Positions 36,749 through 50,015 of a DNA stretch of 64,000 nucleotides are shown piece after piece. The notes below the pieces were generated by a model that had not been told where the DNA came from, made no database searches, and saw nothing but the letters and a program-made list of their open reading frames with translations. The stretch covers positions 13,042,184 through 13,106,183 of the forward strand of contig MU058844.1 of NCBI GenBank assembly GCA_013265495.1, given 5' to 3'. Source of the DNA: Vicugna vicugna (Eukaryota). Numbering within the stretch: position 1 is the first letter of the stretch; every line of letters begins with the position of its first letter. The translations under genes were made by a program, and so were the position numbers.

Positions 36749-39094
36749 GGTGGGGAACAGGGATCTGTGACAAATATGAATACAGAACCAGAATGTTTGA
36801 ATGGAAGCATTGTCCTAAACTGACTTCGGCCATCAGTCTGCTTCGGTTTTGACTGAGTTTTGTTTTAAATTTCTTAGAATCCACATAGCTCTTAGGCATT
36901 TTTGACCAGCCAGATGAACCAAGATTATTAAAAAACAAAACAAAACCATAGTGAGAATGCAGCCTGTGGGTTTAACAGCAAAGATGAAAACAGAGCCTCA
37001 GGAAGTGAGGTGCTTTTGCCCAAGTGACTATTTTATCTAATCCAAGCTCGAGGGTGAGCTATTATTTTAAAACTACAGAAAAAGCTTTGTATGTCTCCCC
37101 TCTGTTTCTTTTTGCTAAGCTGTGGAATTTATTCATAGCAAGAACAGAGTTATTTTAAACTGTTGTTGAGATTTTTTTTTAGGAAGGTGGAAATTAGTTT
37201 ATTTCCTAGGCAAAATTGGGAAGTACTTTCATTATAATAATTCAAAAATAGCAATTTCCTCAAGTAGCATCTACATTAAAATACACTTGCTGCCTTTCAC
37301 TTGCTGTGAAATGTTCCTTCAGATCCTCAGTCAACAAGGTAGTGCCTTCCCTTCCAAGCTCCTCTCCCAGCTTCAAGGTGTCGGCAAACAGAGGAGTTTG
37401 TTCAGATTGGCCCTTGTATTTGGGAGAAAGCTGCGCAGGACTGAGGAAATGACCAAGGAATCCAGCTGAGATAACTGGCTATGCAGAGCCTGCTGGCTGG
37501 TCCTCTTTCTTCTTAGTAACAGGACCCCAGTTTTATTTGGAGTGGCAACATACCCAGATAATGAACTTCATTCCCTAGTCAAAGGATGCCTCCCTCTGTC
37601 AATTTCCCCTTGCTCCTGGAATATAGATTCAAGGGCTGGCATCCTAGCAGTCATCTTGAATTAGGAGGTAAACTTGAGGTTAGTAGCCACATGCAATGAA
37701 ACTTATTTATAAAGCCACAATACCTGTTGTGGACTTCCTACCTTTAGAGTTCTTTTACGTCAGAGAAGAACATTTTATGTTTTTAAACTATAGCAATCAG
37801 CTCTTTGTTTCTTGCTGCACAGTTTAGTCCTTACTAAATCACTAGCCCAGGCAGTGATCAAAGAACTAAGCTTCCTTAACATGCTTCATTGAAGGGTAAT
37901 AGATCACAGACTCAGTGTAATTTTTTAACCTATTGTGACTTAATATATGGGACAATTTAAATAAGCCAAAGCAAGAAAGAAAATTGTTGGTCCTTACTAC
38001 CTATAGCCATAAAATAAGAAGCTATTAGAACTGGAAAATTCCTTTAAAAATTCCTTATCTAACTTTCTGCCCCACCATCTATTTATTTCACAGATGAGGA
38101 AACAGAGGCCCACAATTTAATCCAGCAAAGATATTAAATAGCTGAGCCAGAATCTGAACACAGATCTCCCAACCCCAGTCCATTACCTCATGATTACTTT
38201 CAATTCTTGATCTACAAATGGAGGTATAAAATGGCGTAATCTGGATGTTTTACATAATCATGAAAGCAACTAGAAACCGTGGCACACACTAGTGTCCAGT
38301 TCCTCACCTACACAGTGAAGTCTTAACATCAGAAATCTTTCATCAAAAGAAGTATTTCGCAAAATCCCAATGTAAATCCCAGTGCAAAATCCCAAAACAG
38401 GTAAGAGCACAGTGCTCTGGTGGAGGAGGGGCCGAGGGGCCAGGGGCCTAAGGCCCTTGGTCATGCTCCTCCCACAGGGACTGACAGCTGAAGAGGGCCC
38501 CTGGGGCATGGATCCATGGAACTAAATTCTCTTCCAAAGTTGTGTTTTTACACTTATTTCCTCTCTCCCAGGCTTTTACAAAACTGAGGTATATAGAAAA
38601 TTCAGACAACACTCTATTTGCCCATCACTTAAGACTTGTTTTGTCTCAGAAGACACCAAGCAAGGCTGAACCTTATTGCGTGTCACAAAGGGAGGTATTT
38701 CTTTAGTGACCAACCAGGGGCCTTTACCAAGCAGGCCATCTGGGAAAGTGAGGACTATTTTCTGAAAACCACAATCCACAAAATCTGTTCGTGGGTGAGG
38801 AGGAGGGGGTGCATAGGGAGAAAAGATCTTACTACAACCTGATTCTCTCTCACTATAAACAAGGAAACTAAAAAATAGGGCCAAGTTGCACTGATGTCCA
38901 GACTAATGAGAATTGCCACCCTCCTCAGACTGAAGGATTCTCAGATGTGATCACGTGGAGCGTGAGCTTGCTTTGTGACAGTTTCCCAGAATTTTTGTCT
39001 CAGTTTCTGTCTCTTATCCAGGGGTTGGGTCTCAGCTAAATGCCCTTTCTTTCAGTCACCAATTATGCCTATTCACAAAATCATGCACACATAC

Positions 39095-39571
39095 TTTTTT
39101 AAAATTAAGGTAACACTGCTTTATCACGTTATATAAATTTCACATGTACAACATTATATTTCTGCTTCTATGTGCCCTACAGTGTGCTCACCACCAAAAA
39201 TTTAATTTCTAATCACCATTACAGTTAATCCCTTTTACTTATTTCACCCTCCCCCTCACTGTCCCCCTTTTTAATCACTAGTCTGTTTTCTGTGTCTCTG
39301 TGTTTCTATTTTTTGGGGTGGGAGGAGGTAATTAGGTTTATTTATTTGTTTTAATGGAGGTACTGGGGACTGAACCTAGGACCTCATGCATGCCAAGCAT
39401 GCACTCTTCCCCTGAGCTATCCTTCCCCTCTCTGTGTTTGTCTTTGATTTGGTTTGGACCTTGAGGGTGTTATGCTAAGTGAAATCAGACAGAGAAAGAT
39501 AAGTACCTTATGATTTTACTCATATATGGAATTTTAAAAAACTAACAAACAAACAAAAACAAAACAACAAA
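39095..39571 (-). mobile_element. L1MA-type 3' end with a 5' inversion and a nested SINE
   Basis: Antisense L1 3'UTR at 39095-39456, then sense-oriented L1 sequence GGACCTTGAGGGTGTTATGCTAAGTGAAAT...CAGAGAAAGA at about 39456-39571. Confidence 0.85.
39306..39428 (-). mobile_element. Camelid tRNA-derived SINE (Vic-1-like)
   Basis: Perfect 11-bp TSD TCTCTGTGTTT (39295-39305, 39429-39439). Confidence 0.92.
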
Positions 39572-40004
39572 TGAGCATTTCCACCCCCAGTGACACTACA
39601 TCTATTTGCTCTCATGAGAAAACAGAGCGTCCTTCTGTGTCTGTCAGCTTTCCCCCCACCCATGGTGGTATCACGGAAGGATGAAGGCTCACTTGACTAT
39701 CCTGAGAGACCTACTCTGACGGAGCACGCACGGGCAGCCTTTCCTCACCACTCCCCTCTATCCAGAATCACCCACACTTCCGTTCCTCGGCAGCCGCTCT
39801 GTGTAGCAGCTAGTTCTGTGAGTAATCTGAAAACAAACATGGGGAAAGAAAAATAGGGATTTGTGTTGCTGAATGAGATTGAGTTTGCTTGACTTGCAAT
39901 GATGTCAGGACGTAGGCTAAAATGAAATATCAACTCCAGCCATTAAGCCATGGCCGATGCCTTATCTATTTTTCAAATGTTAAGCTTCTCACACACTAGG
40001 CGTT

Positions 40005-40549
40005 TGCAGTAGTTTGCAAAAATGGCCGCCATTTTTTCCTACCCCAGGAGGCAGACCCCTTCCATGTGAATTTGAAGTTCCTTCCATCAAGAGGCAGAGT
40101 CTGTTTCCTCACTCCTTGAGTCTGGGCTTGGACATGTGACTTGATTTGGATGATGAGATGGGCAAATATGAAGCAGGCAGAGACTTGCACACTGGGTCTT
40201 GTTATCTTTTACTGTGGTTGGAACTCTGAGGTCAGCCTGCAAAGGAGCCCAAGCTGGCCTCCTAAAAGATGAGAGGGTTCAAGGATGAGATTTGAGGTAC
40301 GTAGCCTGCCAGGCCCCAGTCAACAACCTCCCAATGGCCAGACATGAGTGAGGCTGTCCTACAATAGCCAGCCCCCAGTCCCACCACCACCTTACCACGT
40401 ACACAAGTAAGCCCAGCAAGGAACAGTCAAGTCAGCTTAGAGAAGAACCATTTGTCCAGCTCACAGAATTATGAGCTAAATAAGCACCTGTTTTTTCAAG
40501 CAGGTAAGTTGTGGGGCGATTCGTTATACAGCAAGAGCTAACTGATACA
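40005..40549 (+). mobile_element. MLT1E/F-like MaLR solo LTR
   Basis: TGCAGTAGTTTGCAAAAATGGCC...CCTTCCATCAAGAGGCAGAGTCT...GTTATACAGCAAGAGCTAACTGATACA. Confidence 0.82.
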
Positions 40550-42494
40550 GCAATTAGCAAAAATTTGCTAATTCAAAAGTCTAATAAGAGCATGAGAATG
40601 CAAAGATAATAATGTATATTTAGAACCAGGCAAAGAGAAAACTGCTAAGTAGAGTAGGAGCTGGCAGACATAAGTAAATGGATAGGCTGATTTTCCTCCC
40701 TGAATTTAAAAAAAAAATTTATTTTAAATAAAAAAGCAGCAGAAACAAACTTGTATTCCCAATGTTTGATTTACTTCCCACCCTGATCTACTCTGTGAAT
40801 CTGCTGAGTTCACACTGAGCTACTTTCAAAAAAATACTGACCCCTCCCACCCCCAACCCCTACACCAGTGCGGAGAGGACTAACAGTCTCTTGTTCAGAA
40901 AGAATCCAGAGCTCCCTGGATGACATAGGAAGGACAAAACATTATTGCTGACACAGAAACAGTGTCAATGGTATCTGCATTAATATGTAGCCAGAGAGAA
41001 GCCTTGTTAAGAAGAGGATGTGCTGGTTGTGCAGCCGTGGATAGAAGCTGGAGAGAGCTGTGGGTGGGGGCCGGAAGTACGCAAAGCAGGATGAGTGTGC
41101 AAATTTCAAACAAGCTCCTATTTTTAACGTTGGCTAGGCAATATCTATATTTTAGTCTGTTCAAAGGGTTCACCTTCTCAGGAAATGGTGAGGATATAAA
41201 CATAGGTATAGCATGTGCATCCCCAAATTACAAACTGCCTAAAAATTTAACTTTTCCAGCAGCCTGCCTGCCAATATTTTAGAGTCCATAACTGGGCAAA
41301 CTATATGATATACTAGTTTTGCAGAGATTAAAATATTTTACTTATTTGGAAAGATTTCCAAAATAAAGAAAGTTTGTAAAATAGAGTGCTATTTTTGTAC
41401 ATCTTAGTAACTCAGAACTATGGTTTTTTAAGAAAAAATTTTGTTTTTCTCTCCAAATTAGATTTCAGTGTCCCTCTAGTGTGTATACCAGTGGGTCCCC
41501 ACATCTTTGATCATCAGAGTTCCTAGTCTTTTCAAAAATAGAAGACCTTGGCCTCATTCATGGATGTTCTGATCCAGTAGAAACTAAGAAACGATATTTT
41601 CAAAAAGATGGCTCCATAGATGAGCCAGTTTTGGAAACCACTATAAGAAAATGCAATTAATGGACTCAATCATTTGACTTTCTATAGTCATAGTAAAGAG
41701 ATTCGTCCCCAAATAGATTTTTTTGTTTTTTCACAACCCTACATCAGTGCCTACTCACTGTTAGCAACTGAACTATTTCTGAAGCCAAAATACCACTGTC
41801 TTGGCTCAAAAATAAAAATCAATATTTGTTGCAGAATGAGCTTTTTGGAAAAAATGAGTTTTTTTGTATCTACTTTTGCTAGACACAAACATTTGCGCTC
41901 ACACAAGTAGGTCAATTCTTAATTGTAAATCTCGCTTCTAATGCTGCCCAATTGCCATTAATATGCTCTTGGCCTTGCATCTCCTGGCTCTTCTCCCCAA
42001 GGAAGGGGGAGTGACTTCAACCAATTGATGAGATTTTTGACCAGGAATTGGACAGGCAGAGCCCCACCCCTTCCTTGATGCTTCGCCTTGAGAGAGAGCT
42101 TCCTGGATGATGCCAGTGTGGTTCCTCTGTGCTCCGGGGCTTTGCCTGGCCAGTGTGTCCTGTCGTGTAAATCGGTTTTATTCTAGAAGTCAGTAGGGTA
42201 TACCACTTGGCTGCAGATAAAAATCACATGCTTCTTTATTGTTTTTTGCAGTCCTAACCGAAATGTTTTGGCCTCTACGAGATCCAGGCAAAGGAAGACA
42301 GCATTAGGTATGGGATCCTCTTCAAATGCATCAATATGTCCCTGTGAAATCATTATTTTTATTATTTCCACTTTAGAGATAAATAAAATGAAATTCAGCA
42401 GCTAAATTCTTTGCCCAACACCATTTGAACCATTACAGATAACCCTGAGTCTTGCCACAGTATGCTGATTCTAAATAATATACTTGAAAAAGGG

Positions 42495-42672
42495 CGACAT
42501 ATGGACTTAATAGTGTATCAGTACTGGTTCATCAATTGTAACAAATACACCACATACTGATGTTAGATGGTAATAACAGGGGAACCTAGGTGCAGAGAAT
42601 ACGGGAGTTCTTTCTTCTGTCTTCGTTGTTTTTTTGAAAATTTAAAACTGTTCAAAAAATAAATTTTTTTTA
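42495..42672 (+). mobile_element. L1MC-like 3' end fragment
   Basis: GTATCAGTACTGGTTCATCAATTGTAACAAATACACCACA...AAAACTGTTCAAAAAATAAA. Confidence 0.75.
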
Positions 42673-42799
42673 AAGACATTACATGTGAAATGAATGGCAT
42701 CATAAAAAAAGGATACTATTTCTAAATTTTTTTTTCTGGCTGCTAAATAAAAATAATAAAGCCTCTAGTTTGAGTATATCTGGATTCCCTCACTCCCAG

Positions 42800-43135
42800 G
42801 TCTGGCAGAGTGCATGGGTCAAGAAGGCTTTAGAGGCAGACCTTGATTTGAATCACAGATCTGTGACTTGCTACCAGTCTGAGCCTGAGCTTCGTCACCT
42901 GTAAAAGGGACCTATACCTGGCTAATGAGATGGCTGAATGAGTTAAATGATACACTGTTGGCTATTATAATAGTAGTGCCTAAAATAATAAGAGTGCCTA
43001 GAACAGTGTTTGGCATAGACTAAGTACCCTACCCTCTCTCCGCCCAGCCCCATTCTGATTCAGTGTGCCTGATGTGGAGCCCAGAGTCTGCTGTGAAGTG
43101 CTCCCTAGGTGATTCTAATGGTTTGGGAACCGTGA
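42800..43135. mobile_element. MIR (+) followed by a MER5-like fragment
   Basis: CTGAGCCTGAGCTTCGTCACCTGTAAAAGGG and TAGAACAGTGTTTGGCATAG, then ATTCTGATTCAGT...CCCTAGGTGATTCTAATG. Confidence 0.6.
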
Positions 43136-44159
43136 ATGAAGGCTGACCTCTCCTGCAGGCGAAGTGCTTCAGCTGACTTCCTGGACTGTCAGAAATAGCC
43201 TCCCTGGCTGGATTTTAAAGCTCACTGTCCCCTTGAGGCTTTTCCCCCAAGTTCCTTCATGTGGTCCTCATCTGACACTGTTTCCTTTCCAAACCAGGGA
43301 TGCTAGCCAGTCCTGAGCTCAAGGGAAGATCCCATCAACTCTGCTTATTTCCTTATTTACCTCTGTTTTCCTTCAGCTCTGATTCTTGAAGAATTTCAAA
43401 GAGTGAGGAATCCTTTCCAATGTACTGGAATTACATTCTTGCCACATACACTATTTTCACTATTATAACCATACAACCAATAACTCCTAACAGCTGTGTG
43501 GAGAGCTATGATAGATGTTCTTAATACACCAATATCCTCCTGCCTTGAATTCTACCAACATCCTGTGGCTTCCCCTGGCTCTAAGGTGCTTAAGATTCTG
43601 TCATTTCGTAGACCCTTCCACCACAATGACAAGGTAGAGGGTACCTTTTCTCTGTGATTGCTTTCTTATCACTCATGGAATATATCAGAGTCTTGGGAGA
43701 ACAGATGGAGATAGGAGGAGTGGAGGCAAGAAGGGGTTAAAACAGGAAGAACTGTAAGCTTCAAGGAGAGAAAATTCTTTTAGCTGCCTCTAAAAATATT
43801 TAAGCTTCATTTGGAGAGAAACTTTTTAAAAAATCTTCCTACTAGAATAGCATAAGTGAAAAAAATACAAAGATAAGACACAAAACAGGAAATGATAAGA
43901 AACCTCAAACAATTTTATTATATAATTGGCGATGTATTGATGGTATATTGATGCATTTTCTCTTTAAGAGAAGATTAACTTGCATAGAATGGTCGGCTAG
44001 GCTGTTATAAAGTGCCTTCTACCACATGTTGAGTCAAACCCGATTCTTTCTGTACGTGTGGTACATAAAGCCTTTGCACCATTGCTGTCCTTGTCTTCTA
44101 GTACCAGTGTCATTCATGGTTTTTATGGATTCTCTACAGCATCCATTTCCCATTGTGCT

Positions 44160-44644
44160 TGTGGTAGCATTCTAATCCTTTTAGGGAGTCACTCCTTCCC
44201 CTACTCAAGTGTGATGCATGAGCCACCTCACATGCTCCAAGGGTGGCAGGTGTCCCAGGTTTGGCCAGTCAGAGTATTCCACTACTCTAGCCCATGTGTT
44301 GGTACAGTGATGGGTACTTGATTCATTCAAAGCCAGTAAGACTCAAATCTGGGATTTTTGTGGGAACCATTGAGAGAAGGTGTCTCTCTCTTCAATATCA
44401 GTCTAAGCCTGACAGTGACAGTGACCACTATATGGAGAGGGTCAGCCTGATGTCAAATCCCACAGAGGATAGCAGAGCTGAGAGATGATGAGAGAGATTC
44501 TTTATAGTTCTAAAGTCATGGATCCAATCAGATTGAAGGCCCTCTTCTTGTCTCTTATCAGGACAAATAAATTCCCTTTTCTACTTAAGCCCATTTAAAT
44601 TGGGGTTTTTGTCATTTGCAACCTGAAGGGTCTTGATTAATATA
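44160..44644 (+). mobile_element. MLT1K/L-like MaLR LTR
   Basis: AATAAATTCCCTTTTCTACTTAAGCCCATTTAAATTGGGGTTTTTGTCATTTGCAACC 3' end. Confidence 0.7.
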
Positions 44645-45008
44645 GTGTTTGACAATACTGATTTGTCTATAATGTAAAGCAACATTTTTAAGAAAAAAGG
44701 AATTCTTTTTTTGGTAGTATGAACATCTGAGAAAATAACTCTCCCAATGTCTCAAAATTGGATCAAAGAATATTTCTCATTTAAGGCAATACTACTGAGC
44801 ACCTGCCGTGCTCCAGACACGTGCTCAGGGCTGAGCTGAGAGCCTTTGCTTCCATCCTCACATCAAGTATCTCCATGTTGCAGATGAGGAAACTGAAGCC
44901 AAGAGCCAGCATTTGAACCCAAAATCCATGCCCTCAATTACCTCTCCTCTTGGATGGTTTCATACTAGAAACATGTATAATTTAGATACCAGTTTAAGGG
45001 TAACCTTT

Positions 45009-45059
45009 GTGTGTGTGTGTGTGTGGTGTGTGTTCATGTATGGTCAGTTTACAATGTTG
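45009..45059 (-). mobile_element. Extremely 5'-truncated L1 with a (CA)n-type tail
   Basis: 14-bp TSD TAAGGGTAACCTTT (44995-45008, 45060-45073). The insert GTATGGTCAGTTTACAATGTTG resembles the reverse complement of the L1 3' terminus. Confidence 0.75.
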
Positions 45060-45606
45060 TAAGGGTAACCTTTTAAAAATGTAGGTCATGCATTCTAAAA
45101 CATAAGCAGAAATATCTGAAAAGACTCCTGTTCCTTGTGAATATTAATGTTGCTGTTGTCACATAAGCTCAGTCCCCAGGCCTCCCTCTCCTCTCCACAG
45201 CTCCCATCTGTGGCTGCTGTCTTCTCAGTGTTGCTGACCCCACTTGTGGACACCCCCCCGCCCCCGCCCCGTCCACCAGGCACTCAGCACCACTTGCATC
45301 CTGCTGTAGAGCAGGATGTTACAGCACGTGAATTCTGGTGACTGCCATTCTTTAATTTCTTCAGCCATCCCTAACGCTGGAAAGTTCTCACGGATCATCT
45401 TGCCTCATGCTGGTTCATAGCAGTACTCTGGGACCTTTTCTGATCTCCTCCTCAAGTCCCTAACCCCCAAGCCTCCTGGCCCTTGGGCTCTCCTGAGAAA
45501 GCAAAACATTCTCAATGTTTGAATAAGCAGCGCAGTTTAGCTCTCCTGTGTCTGTCTTTCCCGTTCAGATTAACTCAGATCTCTACCAAAAACTCCACAT
45601 TTTCTT

Positions 45607-45747
45607 GTATTGGGGGGGGGGGAGGGAAGGGGGAGGGAAGTAGGTTTGTTTGTTTGTTTGTTTATTTTTAATGGAATAACTGGGGATTAAACCCAGGACC
45701 TGTGCATGCTAAGCATGTGCTCTACCACTAAGCTATACCTTCCCCTC
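45607..45747 (-). mobile_element. Camelid tRNA-derived SINE (Vic-1-like)
   Basis: Reverse-complement SINE body. TSD core CACATTTTCTT at 45596-45606 and 45753-45763. Confidence 0.9.
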
Positions 45748-48349
45748 AAATTCACATTTTCTTTAAAAAAAAAAAAATCCTTCTAGAGGGTTTCTACCCC
45801 TCGTAGTACAAAAATCAAGAAGCTTGAAATGATCTTTTTTGTACTACCTTATTTTATAATTGCAGTTGTGTAAAGGCAAGGAATAGCCTGAGTCTCCCTC
45901 CATTTCTCATGGTGTGTGTTGCTATCTAGAACAGACAGTACGAAGGGAATAAATGGTGGTTCATGCAGTGTGCGCTGAACAGCCAAGCTCCTTTTTCCCT
46001 CTGATGCTGTTACATAGACCTGACTCCTTTGGAAATTGCTCTCTGGGATATGTAACTTGGAGAATAGCTACACTGACTTCAACATTATAACACATTTGAA
46101 GTTCCAAGTTTAGTGTTCCAGGGAATACTGAGAACTTGAGACAACCCAAACATGAAAGCCCCACAAAGACCAAAGAATCAACCTCATCTTCACTAAACCA
46201 GTGCGGGCCATGTATCCTCATCTCCACCATGTCCGAACACATGGTGGATGATGGGTGATGCCCAGACATCCAGATTTTGAAAGTTTCCCTTGAAAATATT
46301 CTGATCATCACTGAATTTTCAAATAGCATTTTAGGGGTTCAAATGTTAATAAAGAGAGAGAGATGTACAAGGGCCTTGATTTCTCTGTGTGGAAAATGGA
46401 CACACTGTAGTATCTTCTCTCGATCTGCTGAGTCAGGTATTCTAAGAAGGAACTGGAATTTGACTGCTTTGTGCTTTGGGCTCTTGAGAGGAATAACATT
46501 TTTAGAGATCATCATTAAAATTCATAAATGAAAGAACTTTACCAGATCAAAGAAATTCAATATTTTTGTTTGTAACTTACCTTTAAATTTTATCAGTGCC
46601 TTTAAAATGCTTGCTTACCATGAATCACTTTGGATGATTATTTTAAACAATTAGTGGCAGCCCAGTGCTCCGTGATACAAAGATTGATGGTTGTACCCCA
46701 GCCCCACATTGGCGCATTCCTTTGCCGACATTATTTGGAGGATTACAATCAGTATAGAACAACTCTTTGAACAAATCATATTAGATTGTTGGCTTGGGGA
46801 TGTGCACACTTGCATTTAATATCTTTTTGTCTTTAATTCAGATTATTTCGTCTGAGGATGGGAGGAAGAAAGAATGATGTTACCCTACAGCTTCTCTGTG
46901 ATGGTGATGGAAATTCAGAAAGAACGAGGTGATTTTCTCTGCTGTTGATGGCAAGGTCCCTCGCCTCAGAATCTGAAGGGATGACAAATGAAGGGATCCT
47001 CTCCCTCCCTGTGAGCTTTGCAAATCAGAAATGACATTCCTTTCCTGGAGTGTGATGCTTTTGTAAATGTGATTTTACACTTTCTGAAAGCTATGCTTTC
47101 TTGATCCAATAGTGTATTTGGGGAGGCTAGAATTACTTGGGGGAACTTTTTCAAGTAGATGTATACACACACACCCCACACTCACTTTTAAACTTGCAAA
47201 TTAGAGTTAGAGGATAAATTTGATTTAAAAAATTAGCCAAGTAGACAAAATTGCTTTGGGAAGTTCATGGGGGGTAGGTAGTGATTACTGGTTTCTCTGC
47301 CTCTGTTTTATTATTATCACAAATCTTAGAAAAGGCAAAGAAGAAATCAGGTTAGACTTGCTATGGGCAAGAATTATCGGAAAAAGAAAAATACTGATTG
47401 TTATATTATCTTTATTTTCAGTCTGCTGCTGCTGCGTAAGTATGTGTATCCTTTCATTAGCATCGTTTGGTGGTGCTTATTAACTCATAAATAAGACATT
47501 GCTTTTTTGAATCATTTATTGAAAGTATACTTGCTGTAAAAATTAGAAAAGGAAGGCATTTGTTTTAGACAGGTAAGAAATGCATGTAAAACCTGCTAAA
47601 TTAATTTATTATTACCCTTTATATAAATTTTATTTAATGTCTTCATTTTATTCTTAGCCTAGGTGATAGATCGTAATAATAGAACCACGTTTAAAAATAC
47701 TTAAATGATTAATTTCTTGCTAAAGGAATACAAGCTCAAAATTAAACATAATCTTGTACTAATTTATTTTCATAAAACTAAGAGCCTACAGAGGTATAAT
47801 TTTTAGCAAAATTACATTATAAGTATGTTTTCAGCACAAAATATTGTTTCAGAATCCAGTGGGTTGAATTTATGAAATCCAGTTTATTTCATCTTCAATT
47901 CCAAATTAATGCTGTGAAAGTAGGAACCTGAGGTAATTTTGTATAGTAGCATAACAGCTGCACAGTACTGATTTTAAACATTCGGTAGGAAGCCAGACAC
48001 GGCTATCTGAGGTGGAGGAATTAGGTGAGTGGGCCATTGATCAAAGGGTACCGGTATTAAAAAATACTATCATTTGCTCAGTTTGAAAATTAGAAATGTT
48101 TTGTCAAACTACTTGTCACTGACATCACTGCTTGTAAGAACCAGAAGTTCGTGCTTCAGATCCTTCCTAATACAGCTTTGAATTCCGTCTAAGGGGTATC
48201 ATGTCCCAGCAACTTTTAGTCCAACAATACCAACTAAACTAAATGTATATTTGCATCTGTTTCCCCAAATGCACGGAGCCAAAGAAAGTTACCTAGAATT
48301 CATTTTCCAGACACAAATATAATGATGAGATACTGCTAATAAACTTTCA

Positions 48350-48805
48350 GGAAGGGCCCTGGTCTGGCCCCAGCCCACTCTGTTCTCATTCCTGATGCCC
48401 TTCTGTGTACATCTTATTCAGCTGCTCCTTTTATCTCAACATATCATGCTTAATCTTGCCTCTTTGCCATAATCCTACTACTTTCTCCCTGAATACTCTT
48501 CGCTTTCTCAACATGATAAGCTATTTTTCATTCTTCAAGACATGGCTCAAATTTTAATGCCCATAGGAAGTCTTCTTGACCACCCCCTCCTCCCCGTGCA
48601 GTTAATCAACTTCACCATTTTCTTCCCACAGCACAGCATTTAAATACGTCTCTCCTGCTGGACCATGAGTCTTTCCCAGCAGACTGTGAGCTTCTTGAAA
48701 GCAATGGTGATGTCTCTTTCATGTTTGTTTATATTCCCATCCCACTCACTGCTCTCTCACAGTACTGCCTAGCACAGTGTCTGGCATAGGGAATGCTAAA
48801 TCAAT
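48350..48805 (+). mobile_element. LINE-2 3' fragment
   Basis: TCATTCTTCAAGACATGGCTCAAA, AGACTGTGAGCTTCTTGAAAGCA and CCTAGCACAGTGTCTGGCATAG. Confidence 0.8.
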
Positions 48806-49229
48806 CTGATCCTTGTTGCTCCGAAGTGCAACTAAAGAAGATGACGTTTGTGTGATTAGGCAAGAAGCAAACAAATCTATACAACTTAAATCAAAAAAGT
48901 ACACATAATTTTTGCAGTTTAAACCAAAAATTTTATTCAGAGAATAAAAATTGGAAAGTTAACTATTTATGGTAAGTACAGAAATTAAATGTAAATCATC
49001 AGGAGTTTGTAGAGGAGACAGTGGTTGGAGGCAGAGGGAGTATCTAAGTCCTGTTTAGTACATGCTGAGTTCCTAAAGAGAGTGAACTGTAGTGACCAAA
49101 ACAGCTCATTTTGACAGGCATTATGGCTTTGATTCACCAGTGGTTTTTCTGTGTGTTTGGGTTGTTTCAATGGCCTGATTTTTGTAATATATAATCACAG
49201 TACTTTGTTTAAAAAAAAAAACATGCCAA

Positions 49230-50015
49230 CAAGGGTCCTGTTGCTTATACTACATGGTAGGGTGATCCTCTTTAAGAAAAACACAAAATCACAAAGGTAA
49301 AATTATGTATGAAAGCAAATATTTATATAGAACAAGAACAAATTGCAATTTTTAGAAGGTGACAAATACCACAAACATCACAAAACCCAGAAAAAGAAAA
49401 CATATTTTTTTTAAATTAATAGCCTCTATAATACTTTCCCTACATTTTTGACTGGAAGCCCATTGATTTTTTTCATCTCACAATAGTTTTATCACTTTCT
49501 GTTGAAACATAATTCAGTTTCATCTCTAGCATGTTTTTCCTAATCTACTCACATTCTACCCAATGCTGGTCACTTAGGGACATGTTCTTATTCTGAGAGA
49601 CCCCTGGCTTTGTACCTTTTTGTGGTGCTGATAAGTCAGCATAGTGGGCAATTAGAGTGTTTCTGGAAGCCATTTCTATGCCAGAAAGGCTGGCCATGCT
49701 TTACCTACATATGGAAGTGAGGAGACTTACAAAAACATATCCCAAACACCATGCGTTACCAACTGTACTTTCCTTACTCAAGCCCACAAAATGCCTGTGG
49801 CTGCTGCAATAAACCAGTTAGACACAGAGAAAATGTGACAGAGAAGAACAGAACGGAAAGAGGAAAACAGTCTTAGCGGATGATGGTGAAACTATCTAAC
49901 TTGTGCAAATTTTACAGAATTAATTTGACCATGGGAATACAACAGTAAGGCCCCTCCCAGAGCATCAGAAGGGACCCTTTCAGTAGAAGGGCCTCAAGAC
50001 TAAAATCCATCTCTC
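49230..50015. mobile_element. Zaphod-like (hAT-Tip100) DNA transposon
   Basis: CTCTTTAAGAAAA...TGACAAATACCACAAACATCACAAAACCCAGAAAA and terminal GGCCCCTCCCAG...AAATCCATCTCT resemble Zaphod as I recall it. Confidence 0.7.

Noticed and set aside
41468..41484. CTCF-like motif (another near 26476)
   Set aside because: Each has at least two mismatches in the core.
46842..46955. Possible coding exon after TTTAATTCAG
   Set aside because: The donors are weak, two frames close early, and the remaining peptide is not recognisable.
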